A stretch of DNA of 24,070 bases from Octopus sinensis (GCF_006345805.1 NW_021836380.1:1-24070); one strand, 5' to 3'. Shown: positions 11,880 through 22,146, counted from the first letter of the stretch. Notes: a model not told the origin generated them from the sequence alone. A program made the numbers and translations.

Positions 11880-13775
11880 GTCTGAAAGCAGTAGTGTGAA
11901 AAAGAATCACAAAGGGATTAAACTTGACATTTAAAGAGACTTGATGCAGAAGTAACACTAAGTTATATTACCAAAACAATAAATTTTCAATGTCTATATT
12001 GGGAACAATATGTAACATCAGAGAGAAAATTATGTCAAATGCTTGAGGAGCTACTCCATTAACTGCCCAGGCCTTTTTTTTTTAGATTTAATGTAAAGCT
12101 TAAAATGGACCGACTCTTGAATGTATAGATTGAGGACCAGAATCAGTAATTCAAAAAAGAGCCAAAAGTTTTTATGATGATTCGCAGAAAAGGACTAGTG
12201 AAACTGAGAGTACTGATACAGAGGCTGCTACCAATTATCTTGGACAGTTGAAGAAAATGTTTGCTAAATGGGGCTACACACAAGTGTACAATTTTGATGA
12301 GATTGCATGCCTGCTAGAACTTTTATTTCTTGAGAAGAAAAGTCAAAATCAAGGTTTAAATCTTCCAAAAATTGTCTGATACTTCTTTTGGGAGGAAGTG
12401 CTGCTGGTGATATGAAATTAAAGCCCCTATATGTGTATCACTCCAAAAATCTAAGGGCTTTCAAGGATTACACAAAGTTTAATCTATCTTTGATTTGGCA
12501 TTCAAATAAGAAGGCATAGATGACTAAGAGCCTTTTCAAAGAATGGTTTACAAATGGTTTTTGTCCTGTGGTGGAAAGAAATAATACCAGATATATTTCT
12601 AACAAAATATTGCTTCTTTTAGACAATGCACCCAGTTACCCAGTGAACTTGACTTTTCTGATAATGTGAGAGTAGAATATATCCTCAAGAATACAACTTC
12701 TTTGCTTTAGCCAGTGGATTAAGGTGTGATAGCTAACTTCAAGGCCTATTATATGAGAAGAACTTTCAAACAACTTATCAAAGCAATTGTCAGGGAAGAT
12801 AAACCTACAGTTAGAGATTTCTGGAAGAAATTCAACATAATGGATGTTGTGGATAATATAGCTGAATCATGGGATGAAATGAAACCTTCAACTTTGAATA
12901 GTGCTTGAAAAAGTATATGGTCAGACTGTATCTGTTACAATATAAGCTTTTCTCATGAAGAAATTCTCCATCAAATTTGAAAAGTTATTTTGACACTTGT
13001 AAAGGATATAGGATTTGAAGAAGTCATAGAGGATGATGTGGTTGTGCTGCTAGTACCTCAGGGAGAAAGTTTATCTAATGAGGAGCTGATACAGTTGAAA
13101 AAAGACCAAGCTGAGAATACAGATGAGACAATCGAAGTTCCATCTACACCACTTAAGTTGACAACAAAAATTGTTGCTATAGAGTTGACATTTACAGAGT
13201 AAGGCTGCAGTTTTAGTTAATAATGATCCTAATGATGAATGTAGCATAAAAATTGCAAAAGTAGTTTACAATGGACTCAGTTCCCATACTGGGCTGTACA
13301 AAGAGATGATGCATCATAAACAACAAATGACTTTGGATAAGTTCTTCATTCCTCAGTGTTTGTGATAATGAATTGATGTTTGTGAATGAATGTGAATGAA
13401 CTTCATGATTGTAGATTTTGTCCTCCTAGTAATGCCCATAAACCACCACTCAGCACACTGTAAACATCTTTGGTGATAGGAATGTACGTTTACGACGTTC
13501 TTATTATTTCCCTAATTTATTCCTCTTGAAATGTTTTTGTGTTTTTATGCTTCTATATTGTACTGTGTGTCTTTGGAAATAGTTATTTTCATGTATAAAG
13601 GTGATTATGTTGCTTGTTCTGTTGTTTTCTTGTGATTGTTTTTCTTTTTTGAAAAAGTCCATATGAACACAAAACACAATCTCATTTGATAATATGAAAA
13701 TCAATAGGAAAATTAATTTTTCATTATGACCAGATTTTCAGAAACGCATTACTTCTGTAAAGCAAGGAGTTCCTG
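11880..13775 (+). mobile_element. Tigger/pogo-family DNA transposon, transposase pseudogene with intact-looking right end
   Basis: Translation gives MDRLLNV*IEDQNQ (CENP-B-like HTH), VYNFDE (~12290), LLLGGSAAGDMKLKPLYVYHSKN, HSNKKA*MTKSLFKEWF, KILLLLDNAP (~12620), PVD*GVIANFKAYYMRRTF (~12710; ORF 12726-12908) and QQMTLDKFF, i.e. the DDE_1 signature. The right end reads GTAAAGCAAGGAGTTCCTG|TA (13775, TA target). I found no matching left TIR. Confidence 0.9.
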
Positions 13776-14357
13776 TAGTTCTTTAGTTATTTTCTGTTTA
13801 GTTCTTCAGTTTGTAAAGCCTTGCTTGATTACTGTCTTGTAGAGCCACAGAATTGTTTACCTGATTGTTAATTGTTCTTTGTTTAAAAGATGAGGAAAGA
13901 GAGAAAACCAAGGCTCATAGGTTACAGTTATTCACTGTTGTGTATAGGTAATACTTTTTTAGGTAAACAAATAGGAGAGTAAGTATTGTACTCAATATAT
14001 GCAGTAGAGTGTATCTTTTGTTTGGAATTGATGATTCATATCATCCCTACTCAGTTTCTTGCCTGTGTGAATCTTCAGGAGACAAAAAGTTGAACAGTAG
14101 TTACGTAGTCTTATGGTTTTCTGTTGCTTAAGGAGGTTGATGTTGAGTTCTCATTACAGGGAAAAGGTGCATACTTGGTGAGATGTGTTGCAACTGTTTA
14201 TGTATTTGAAAGTTTTGTAAGATGGAGGAGGGAAGTTTTGTAAGATGGAGGTGGAGACAGCTATTTGAGACTATATGTTTGTAAAGTTAGAGGTGAGAGT
14301 AAATAAATCTTTTATGTAGAACAAAAATAGTATAGGAGAGAGAATTGAGCTTCAAGG

Positions 14358-14550
14358 TCATCATCATTGTTGTTTAATGTCCGCCATCCATGCTGGCATG
14401 GGTGGGATGGCTTGACAAGAGCTGGCCAGGCAGAAGCCTGTACTAGATTTCTGTAACTGTTTTGACAGGATTTTTACAGCTGGATGCCCTTCCTAACACC
14501 AACCACTTAGCAGAGTAGACTAAGTGATTTTTATGTGACACAAGCACAGG
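14358..14550 (-). mobile_element. Solo RTE-type 3' tail
   Basis: TCATCATCATTGTTGTTTAATGTCCGCCATCCATGCTGGCATGG..CAGCTGGATGCCCTTCCTAACACCAACCAC; reverse-complement homolog of 3765-3947. Confidence 0.8.
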
Positions 14551-15527
14551 CAAGGTCAGTTTTGGAAGTACATTTAATATATCATTACTGTACATATTTC
14601 TCCATATTGGTGAATGTTAGCAAGGTCTGCTGTACAGCTTATCACCATATATCTCAATTAGATGTCATTTTGCTGTGAGACTCAATGTTCAGTACATCTG
14701 AATTAACCTCTCCACAAGTTTTACTTGGCCCAATTTTATCAGTGTCATCTTTTGGTACTTTCCTTCTCATTTTGATCTTCTATTCAAATTAAATGTACAG
14801 ACCAGTTGGGTCATCTGCTGAATATATTTGTGGTGCCTTTGATGCTCATTCACTTTTCAAATAATTTGCTGTCAGCCTTTCTTCTAAATTCACATTATTC
14901 ATTGGACTGTACTCATTCCTGTCAATCTCTATAGTTCTACCTTCACTACTAATATTTCATTGACATATAGATCAACGCTTTTTACCATCTTATATTGCGA
15001 AATCGTTTATAGATAGAGAAAAGGTTTTTTTCTCCTTTTCTTTTAATTCAAGTAACAATTCTTTGAACATCATCCACTTAATTTCCATTTGAGCAGCTAT
15101 ACTTTTGTCTGATTTACTTGCAGCATTAGCCATATTACTTAAGTAACAGGATTTATCTACTAATTTCACCAAAATATCTGAGCACTCACCAAAATTTTAA
15201 AAAGCTTATTACAGGAAAATATGGATAAATATTTTTTACCAAAAGCTTCATTCATATTAATGTCACTGAAGAAATGTGGAATCTATTCTCTCATTCTCAT
15301 TTAGAAACTGTATCCTCATTAGTTATCATTTTAAATATCTTTTTATTCAGTATATAAGTGTTAATGTTGCATTCATACATCTTTGCATCCTTTTACCTTG
15401 GAATAATTCTTGTATGAATTGATGATGTTAATCTGCCAGTCATTGATATTAAATTATTTTGTATACTTAAATTATTTCATCTGCTTACACCTGTAAATTC
15501 AAGATTACAGGTTGATCAGACTCTTTT

Positions 15528-15677
15528 ATCATCATCATCATCATCATATGTCCATTTTTCCATGTTGGCAAGGGTTGGACAGTTTGACCAGAGCTGGCAA
15601 GCTGGAGAGCTGTAGTATGTTCCAGTCTGATTTGGCTAGGTTTTTTTGGTTTGATGCCCTTCCTAATGCCAACCATT
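15528..15677 (-). mobile_element. Solo RTE-type 3' tail
   Basis: (ATC)6 tail followed by TGTCCATTTTTCCATGTTGGCA..GATGCCCTTCCTAATGCCAACCA. Confidence 0.8.
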
Positions 15678-16120
15678 CCTATTTAAATTTTGAGTTAAAT
15701 AATATTTTATGGTCTACAACTTCTATTGCAATACACAATATTTTTATTTCCTTACCCACTATATCTAACATACATGTTTACTCTAACTCTCAGCATCCAT
15801 GAATTTATACTTGAAATCCCTATAAAATTTTCTGCCATCTTTTAATTTGGTTTCCTTATTAATAAAAGAGAATTTCTCAAAATTTTCTTCCAAAATAATT
15901 TACACCTCAGAGAAAGAAAATATTAATTACTTAAAATATTTTTGGCGGCAGTTGATTATAAAATTAAAGCTTTAGCACTGATTTAAAATAACAAATAATC
16001 CAAATAAATAATAATAGTCCAGAAAAATAACTTGTAAATAATTCTGTTTGAAAGAATTTGCTATTTTTTAAGTAATAATAAATCTCAGAGCGAGTTATAA
16101 ACAGTAGCTACAACACATCA

Positions 16121-16543
16121 TGACGTATATTTGCCATATAAATATGGCTAACCCCTAAGGGTGGATGCTACTGTAGTTTGTAGCCCCAGGAGGACACCTC
16201 CTCCAGCTGGCCATAGACCGCTCTGAGATTTATTATTGCTTGTTTACACTTTTTCGATATCAGTGTCTATCGATACTGGAAAAAGGTTTAAGTATTTGTG
16301 AAGGGAACCTGCTTCTCATCAACAACTGTGAATGTCACATGCTGATGACGGGTCAATATCCAGAAACTTGAGTCCGTGTGTATCATAAGTTGAAGACGGG
16401 AAGGATAGCTTCCCTTTGCAAATACTGATAGGGCACAGAAAGTGTGTCTATGGCCAGCTGGAGGAGGTGTCTTCCTGGGGCTACAAACTACAGTAGCATC
16501 CACCCTTAGGGGTTAGCCATATTCATATGGCAAATATACGTCA
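16121..16543 (+). mobile_element. Fold-back element: 98-bp inverted arms around a 227-bp structured spacer (Penelope pseudo-LTR-like or retrozyme-like)
   Basis: Arm 16121-16218 versus the reverse complement of 16446-16543 shows 2 mismatches in 98 nt (hand alignment). No target-site duplication is seen (CATCA| ... |CTATT). A hammerhead motif lies in the spacer. Confidence 0.85.
16336..16380 (+). ncRNA. Minimal type I hammerhead ribozyme motif
   Basis: Stem I CACAUG(16336-41)/CGUGUG(16375-80) with one G.U; core CUGAUGA(16342-48); stem II GGG-UCAAUA-UCC with a C.A closing mismatch; GAAA(16363-66); short stem III AC-UUGA-GU; cleavage triplet GUC (cut after 16374). Activity is untested. Confidence 0.75.
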
Positions 16544-16882
16544 CTATTTTTTAATACTTATTCAATGTCATGATTTTTATGTCTATATTTTTCTGTACAA
16601 GGTAACAACTTACTGTGCTTTTATATTGCAACATTTCAAATCCTGTGTATGTCTTTGTCTTACAATTGTCGCTTGTCACCAAACTTTACATTGGTGATTC
16701 CTCATAAAAATTGTCAATATACTTGAATATAAGTTATATTTTAGAGGTTCAAGTAAAATTTGGCTACAGTGTCAATAAACAGTGATCTATGTAATGTTAG
16801 TTGACTGAACTAACTGCAAAGTATACTTACTCCAAAGTTTTAGTCATAAAACGAAAATTGTTTGACAGTTGTACAGTATTAA

Positions 16883-17063
16883 CCCTTTAGTATTCAGATT
16901 ACTCTGTTACATGTATTGCTTATTCACGTTGTTTTTATGTGACTTTGAGATTTCAATGATGTGGTTGTTTATTTTTAGAATAATATTGTAGAGTAGGTGT
17001 GAGAGGCTAGAAATAGCCAGGTAGAATATTTTGGCCAGATATCGTTGGTTTTAATGCTAAAGG
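16883..17063. mobile_element. piggyBac-type MITE, copy 2
   Basis: TTAA(16879-82)|CCCTTTAGTATTCAGATT ... AATGCTAAAGG|TTAA(17064-67); homologous to 6208-6412. Confidence 0.8.
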
Positions 17064-17066
17064 TTA

Positions 17067-17210
17067 ATCATCATCATTTAACATCCATTTTCCATGCTGG
17101 CATGGGTTGGACTGTTTGACTGGGACTGGCAAGCCAGGAGGCTGCACCAGGTACCAATCTGATCTGGTAAGGTTTCTACAGCTGGATGCCCTTCCTAACA
17201 CCAACCACTT
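17067..17210 (-). mobile_element. Solo RTE-type 3' tail joined directly to the 305-bp satellite
   Basis: ATCATCATCATTTAACATCCATTTTCCATGCTGGCATGGGTTGG..CAGCTGGATGCCCTTCCTAACACCAACCACTT, close to the reverse complement of 3800-3947. Confidence 0.85.
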
Positions 17211-20200
17211 GAGGTAGCCTGGCCTAAGGTTAAATTTTGTAGAGAGAGAGATAGAAAGATAAATCAAGTTATGGCGAAGGCTTGAAAGTAGCCTAAAAGG
17301 TTAAATTTTCGTAACAATGTATGAAGAAACGTAGTAACAACGAATAAAATAGTAAGATAAATTTTTAAGAACTTGCTGCGGACATCGAACGGGAGTTGAA
17401 ATTGAATTGGGAATTTAAATTATAGAATCGTAATGGTGAGAGGAGGAAAAAAGACCGCCAATGGCTGAAAGATGGGAAGAGATGGGAAGAGATGGGAAGA
17501 GATGGGAAGAGATGGGATTACGGCTTGAGGTAGCCTGGCCTAAGGTTAAATTTTGTAGAGAGAGAGATAGAAAGATAAATCAAGTTATGGCGAAGGCTTG
17601 AAAGTAGCCTAAAAGGTTAAATTTTCGTAACAATGTATGAAGAAACGTAGTAACAACGAATAAAATAGTAAGATAAATTTTTAAGAACTTGCTGCGGACA
17701 TCGAACGGGAGTTGAAATTGAATTGGGAATTTAAATTATAGAATCGTAATGGTGAGAGGAGGAAAAAAGACCGCCAATGGCTGAAAGATGGGAAGAGATG
17801 GGAAGAGATGGAAGAGATGGATTACGGCTTGAGGTAGCCTGGCCTAAGGTTAAATTTGTAGAGAGAGAGATAGAAAGATAAATCAAGTTATGGCGAAGGC
17901 TTGAAAGTAGCCTAAAAGGTTAAATTTTCGTAACAATGTATGAAGAAACGTAGTAACAACGAATAAAATAGTAAGATAAATTTTTAAGAACTTGCTGCGG
18001 ACATCGAACGGGAGTTGAAATTGAATTGGGAATTTAAATTATAGAATCGTAATGGTGAGAGGAGGAAAAAAGACCGCCAATGGCTGAAAGATGGGAAGAG
18101 ATGGGAAGAGATGGGAAGAGATGGGATTACGGCTTGAGGTAGCCTGGCCTAAGGTTAAATTTTGTAGAGAGAGAGATAGAAAGATAAATCAAGTTATGGC
18201 GAAGGCTTGAAAGTAGCCTAAAAGGTTAAATTTTCGTAACAATGTATGAAGAAACGTAGTAACAACGAATAAAATAGTAAGATAAATTTTTAAGAACTTG
18301 CTGCGGACATCGAACGGGAGTTGAAATTGAATTGGGAATTTAAATTATAGAATCGTAATGGTGAGAGGAGGAAAAAGACCGCCAATGGCTGAAAGATGGA
18401 AGAGATGGGAAGAGATGGGAAGAGATGGGATTACGGCTTGAGGTAGCCTGGCCTAAGGTTAAATTTTGTAGAGAGAGAGATAGAAAGATAAATCAAGTTA
18501 TGGCGAAGGCTTGAAAGTAGCCTAAAAGGTTAATTTTCGTAACAATGTATGAAGAAACGTAGTAACAACGAATAAAATAGTAAGATAAATTTTTAAGAAC
18601 TTGCTGCGGACATCGAACGGAGTTGAAATTGAATTGGGAATTTAAATTATAGAATCGTAATGGTGAGAGGAGGAAAAAAGACCGCCAATGGCTGAAAGAT
18701 GGGAAGAGATGGGAAGAGATGGGAAGAGATGGATACGGCTTGAGGTAGCCTGGCCTAAGGTTAAATTTTGTAGAGAGAGAGATAGAAAGATAAATCAAGT
18801 TATGGCGAAGGCTTGAAAGTAGCCTAAAAGGTTAAATTTTCGTAACAATGTATGAAGAAGTAGTAACAACGAATAAAATAGTAAGATAAATTTTTAAGAA
18901 CTTGCTGCGGACATCGAACGGGAGTTGAAATTGAATTGGGAATTTAAATTATAGAATCGTAATGGTGAGAGGAGGAAAAAAGACCGCCAATGGCTGAAAG
19001 ATGGGAAGAGATGGGAAGAGATGGGAAGAGATGGGATTACGGCTTGAGGTAGCCTGGCCTAAGGTTAAATTTTGTAGAGAGAGAGATAGAAAGATAAATC
19101 AAGTTATGGCGAAGGCTTGAAAGTAGCCTAAAAGGTTAAATTTTCGTAACAATGTATGAAGAAACGTAGTAACAACGAATAAAATAGTAAGATAAATTTT
19201 TAAGAACTTGCTGCGGACATCGAACGGGAGTTGAAATTGAATTGGGAATTTAAATTATAGAATCGTAATGGTGAGAGGAGGAAAAAAACCGCCAATGGCT
19301 GAAAGATGGGAAGAGATGGGAAGAGATGGGAAGAATGGGAAGAGATGGGATTACGGCTTGAGGTAGCCTGGCCTAAGGTTAAATTTTGTAGAGAGAGAGA
19401 TAGAAAGATAAATCAAGTTATGGCGAAGGCTTGAAAGTAGCCTAAAAGGTTAAATTTTCGTAACAATGTATGAAGAAACGTAGTAACAACGAATAAAATA
19501 GTAAGATAAATTTTAAGAACTTGCTGCGGACATCGAACGGGAGTTGAAATTGAATTGGGAATTTAAATTATAGAATCGTAATGGTGAGAGGAGGAAAAAA
19601 GACCGCCAATGCTGAAAGATGGGAAGAGATGGGAAGAGATGGGAAGAGATGGGATTACGGCTTGAGGTAGCCTGGCCTAAGGTTAAATTTGTAGAGAGAG
19701 AGATAGAAATAAATCAAGTTATGGCGAAGGCTTGAAAGTAGCCTAAAAGGTTAAATTTTCGTAACAATGTATGAAGAAACGTAGTAACAACGAATAAAAT
19801 AGTAAGATAAACTTTTAAGAACTTGCTGCGGACATCGAACGGGAGTTGAAATTGAATTGGGAATTTAAATTATAGAATCGTAATGGTGAGAGGAGGAAAA
19901 AAGACCGCCAATGGCTGAAAGATGGGAGAGATGGGAAGAGATGGGAAGAGATGGGAGAGATGGATACGGCTTGAGGTAGCCTGGCCTAAGGTTAAATTTT
20001 GTAGAGAGAGAGATAGAAAGATAAATCAAGTTATGGCGAAGGCTTGAAAGTAGCCTAAAAGGTTAAATTTTCGTAACAATGTATGAAGAAACGTAGTAAC
20101 AACGAATAAAATAGTAAGATAAATTTTTAAGAACTTGCTGCGTGCTGCGGACATCGAACGGGAGTTGAAATTGAATTGGGAATTTAAATTATAGAATCGT

Positions 20201-21041
20201 AATGGTGAGAGGAGGAAAAAAGACCGCCAATGGCTGAAAGATGGGAAGAGATGGGAAGAGATGGGATTACGGCTTGAGGTAGCCTGGCCTAAGGTTAAAT
20301 TTTGTAGAGAGAGAGATAGAAAGATAAATCAAGTTATGGCGAAGGCTTGAAAGTAGCCTAAAAGGTTAAATTTTCGTAACAATGTATGAAGAAACGTAGT
20401 AACAACGAATAAAATAGTAAGATAAATTTTTAAGAACTTGCTGCGGACATCGAACGGGAGTTGAAATTGAATTGGGAATTTAAATTATAGAATCGTAATG
20501 GTGAGAGGAGGAAAAAAGACCGCCAATGGCTGAAAGATGGGAAGAGATGGGAAGAGATGGGAAGAGATGGGAAGAGATGGGATTACGGCTTGAGGTAGCC
20601 TGGCCTAAGGTTAAATTTTGTAGAGAGAGAGATAGAAAGATAAATCAAGTTATGGCGAAGGCTTGAAAGTAGCCTAAAAGGTTAAATTTTCGTAACAATG
20701 TATGAAGAAACGTAGTAACAACGAATAATAGTAAGATAAATTTTTAAGAACTTGCTGCGGACATCGAACGGGAGTTGAAATTGAATTGGAATTTAAATTA
20801 TAGAATCGTAATGGTGAGAGGAGGAAAAAGACCGCCAATGGCTGAAAGATGGGAAGAGATGGGAAGAGATGGGAAGAGATGGGATTACGGCTTGAGGTAG
20901 CCTGCCTAAGGTTAAATTTTGTGTAGAGAGAGAGATAGAAAGATAAATCAAGTTATGGCGAAGGCTTGAAAGTAGCCTAAAAGGTTAAATTTTCGTAACA
21001 ATGTATGAAGAAACGTAGTAACAACGAATAAAATAGTAGAT
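17209..21041. repeat. Tandem satellite A, ~302-316-bp unit, 12 full units plus a ~150-bp partial unit
   Basis: TTGAGGTAGCC unit starts at 17209, 17525, 17829, 18134, 18438, 18740, 19044, 19358, 19662, 19971, 20274, 20590 and 20892. Units differ mainly in the copy number of an internal GATGGGAAGA 10-mer and by 1-nt indels. Confidence 0.98.
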
Positions 21042-21103
21042 TATATATATATATATATATATATAATGTATATATACTATATATATATATAATATGTGAT
21101 ATA

Positions 21104-21134
<31 letters not shown>

Positions 21135-21199
21135 GATATATATATATATATATATATATATGTGTATATAATATGTGTATATATAGTATATATAATATA

Positions 21200-21262
<63 letters not shown>

Positions 21263-21314
21263 TATATATATATATATGTATATGTATATAGATATATATA
21301 TATATATATTATAT

Positions 21315-21369
<55 letters not shown>

Positions 21370-21412
21370 GATATATATATATATATTATATATTATATAT
21401 ATATATATATAT

Positions 21413-21443
<31 letters not shown>

Positions 21444-21453
21444 TATATGTATG

Positions 21454-21484
<31 letters not shown>

Positions 21485-21564
21485 TAATATGTATTATATG
21501 TATATATGTATAATATGTATATAGGTATATATATAATATATATGATATCTAGTATATATATATG

Positions 21565-21603
<39 letters not shown>

Positions 21604-21634
21604 GTTATATATATATATATATATGTATATGTAT

Positions 21635-21666
<32 letters not shown>

Positions 21667-21735
21667 GTATATGGTATAAATATATAGATGTATATGTATA
21701 TATATATATATATGTATATGTTATATATATATATA

Positions 21736-21773
<38 letters not shown>

Positions 21774-21784
21774 AATATATATAT

Positions 21785-21818
<34 letters not shown>

Positions 21819-21837
21819 GTATATGTATATATATATA

Positions 21838-21869
<32 letters not shown>

Positions 21870-21875
21870 GTATAG

Positions 21876-21914
<39 letters not shown>

Positions 21915-22146
21915 TACATATATATATGTATATGTATATATATATATATGTATATGTAATATATATATATATATATAATATGTATATATATATATATATA
22001 TGTATATGTATATATATATATTGTATATATATATATATATATGTTATGTATATATATATATATGTATGTATATGTATATATATATATTAATATATATGTA
22101 TATATATGTATATATATATGTATATATATATGTATATATATGTATG

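Noticed and set aside
14210-14251. 19-bp direct repeat AAGTTTTGTAAGATGGAGG, two copies at 23-bp period
   Set aside because: Ordinary local slippage duplication with no further structure.
1-17210. Apparent excess of minus-strand retro-insertions suggesting a host-gene orientation
   Set aside because: Too few elements, and several are on +, so the excess is not meaningful. No host exons could be identified.
17210-17217. TGAGGTAG at the start of each satellite-A unit matches the let-7 5' end
   Set aside because: Only 8 nt match; the following sequence differs from let-7 and there is no pre-miRNA-like hairpin.
18493-18798. 101-aa minus-strand ORF within satellite A (and 17064-17267)
   Set aside because: It depends on unit-specific 1-nt indels, is not preserved in other units and has no recognisable domain.
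17209-21041. Satellite A as a retrozyme array (unit size fits) or a CRISPR-like array
   Set aside because: I found no CTGANGA plus stem II plus GAAA arrangement on either strand (GAAACGTAGTA lacks a core), and there are no unique spacers. Other ribozyme classes were not recognised but need an Infernal search to exclude.
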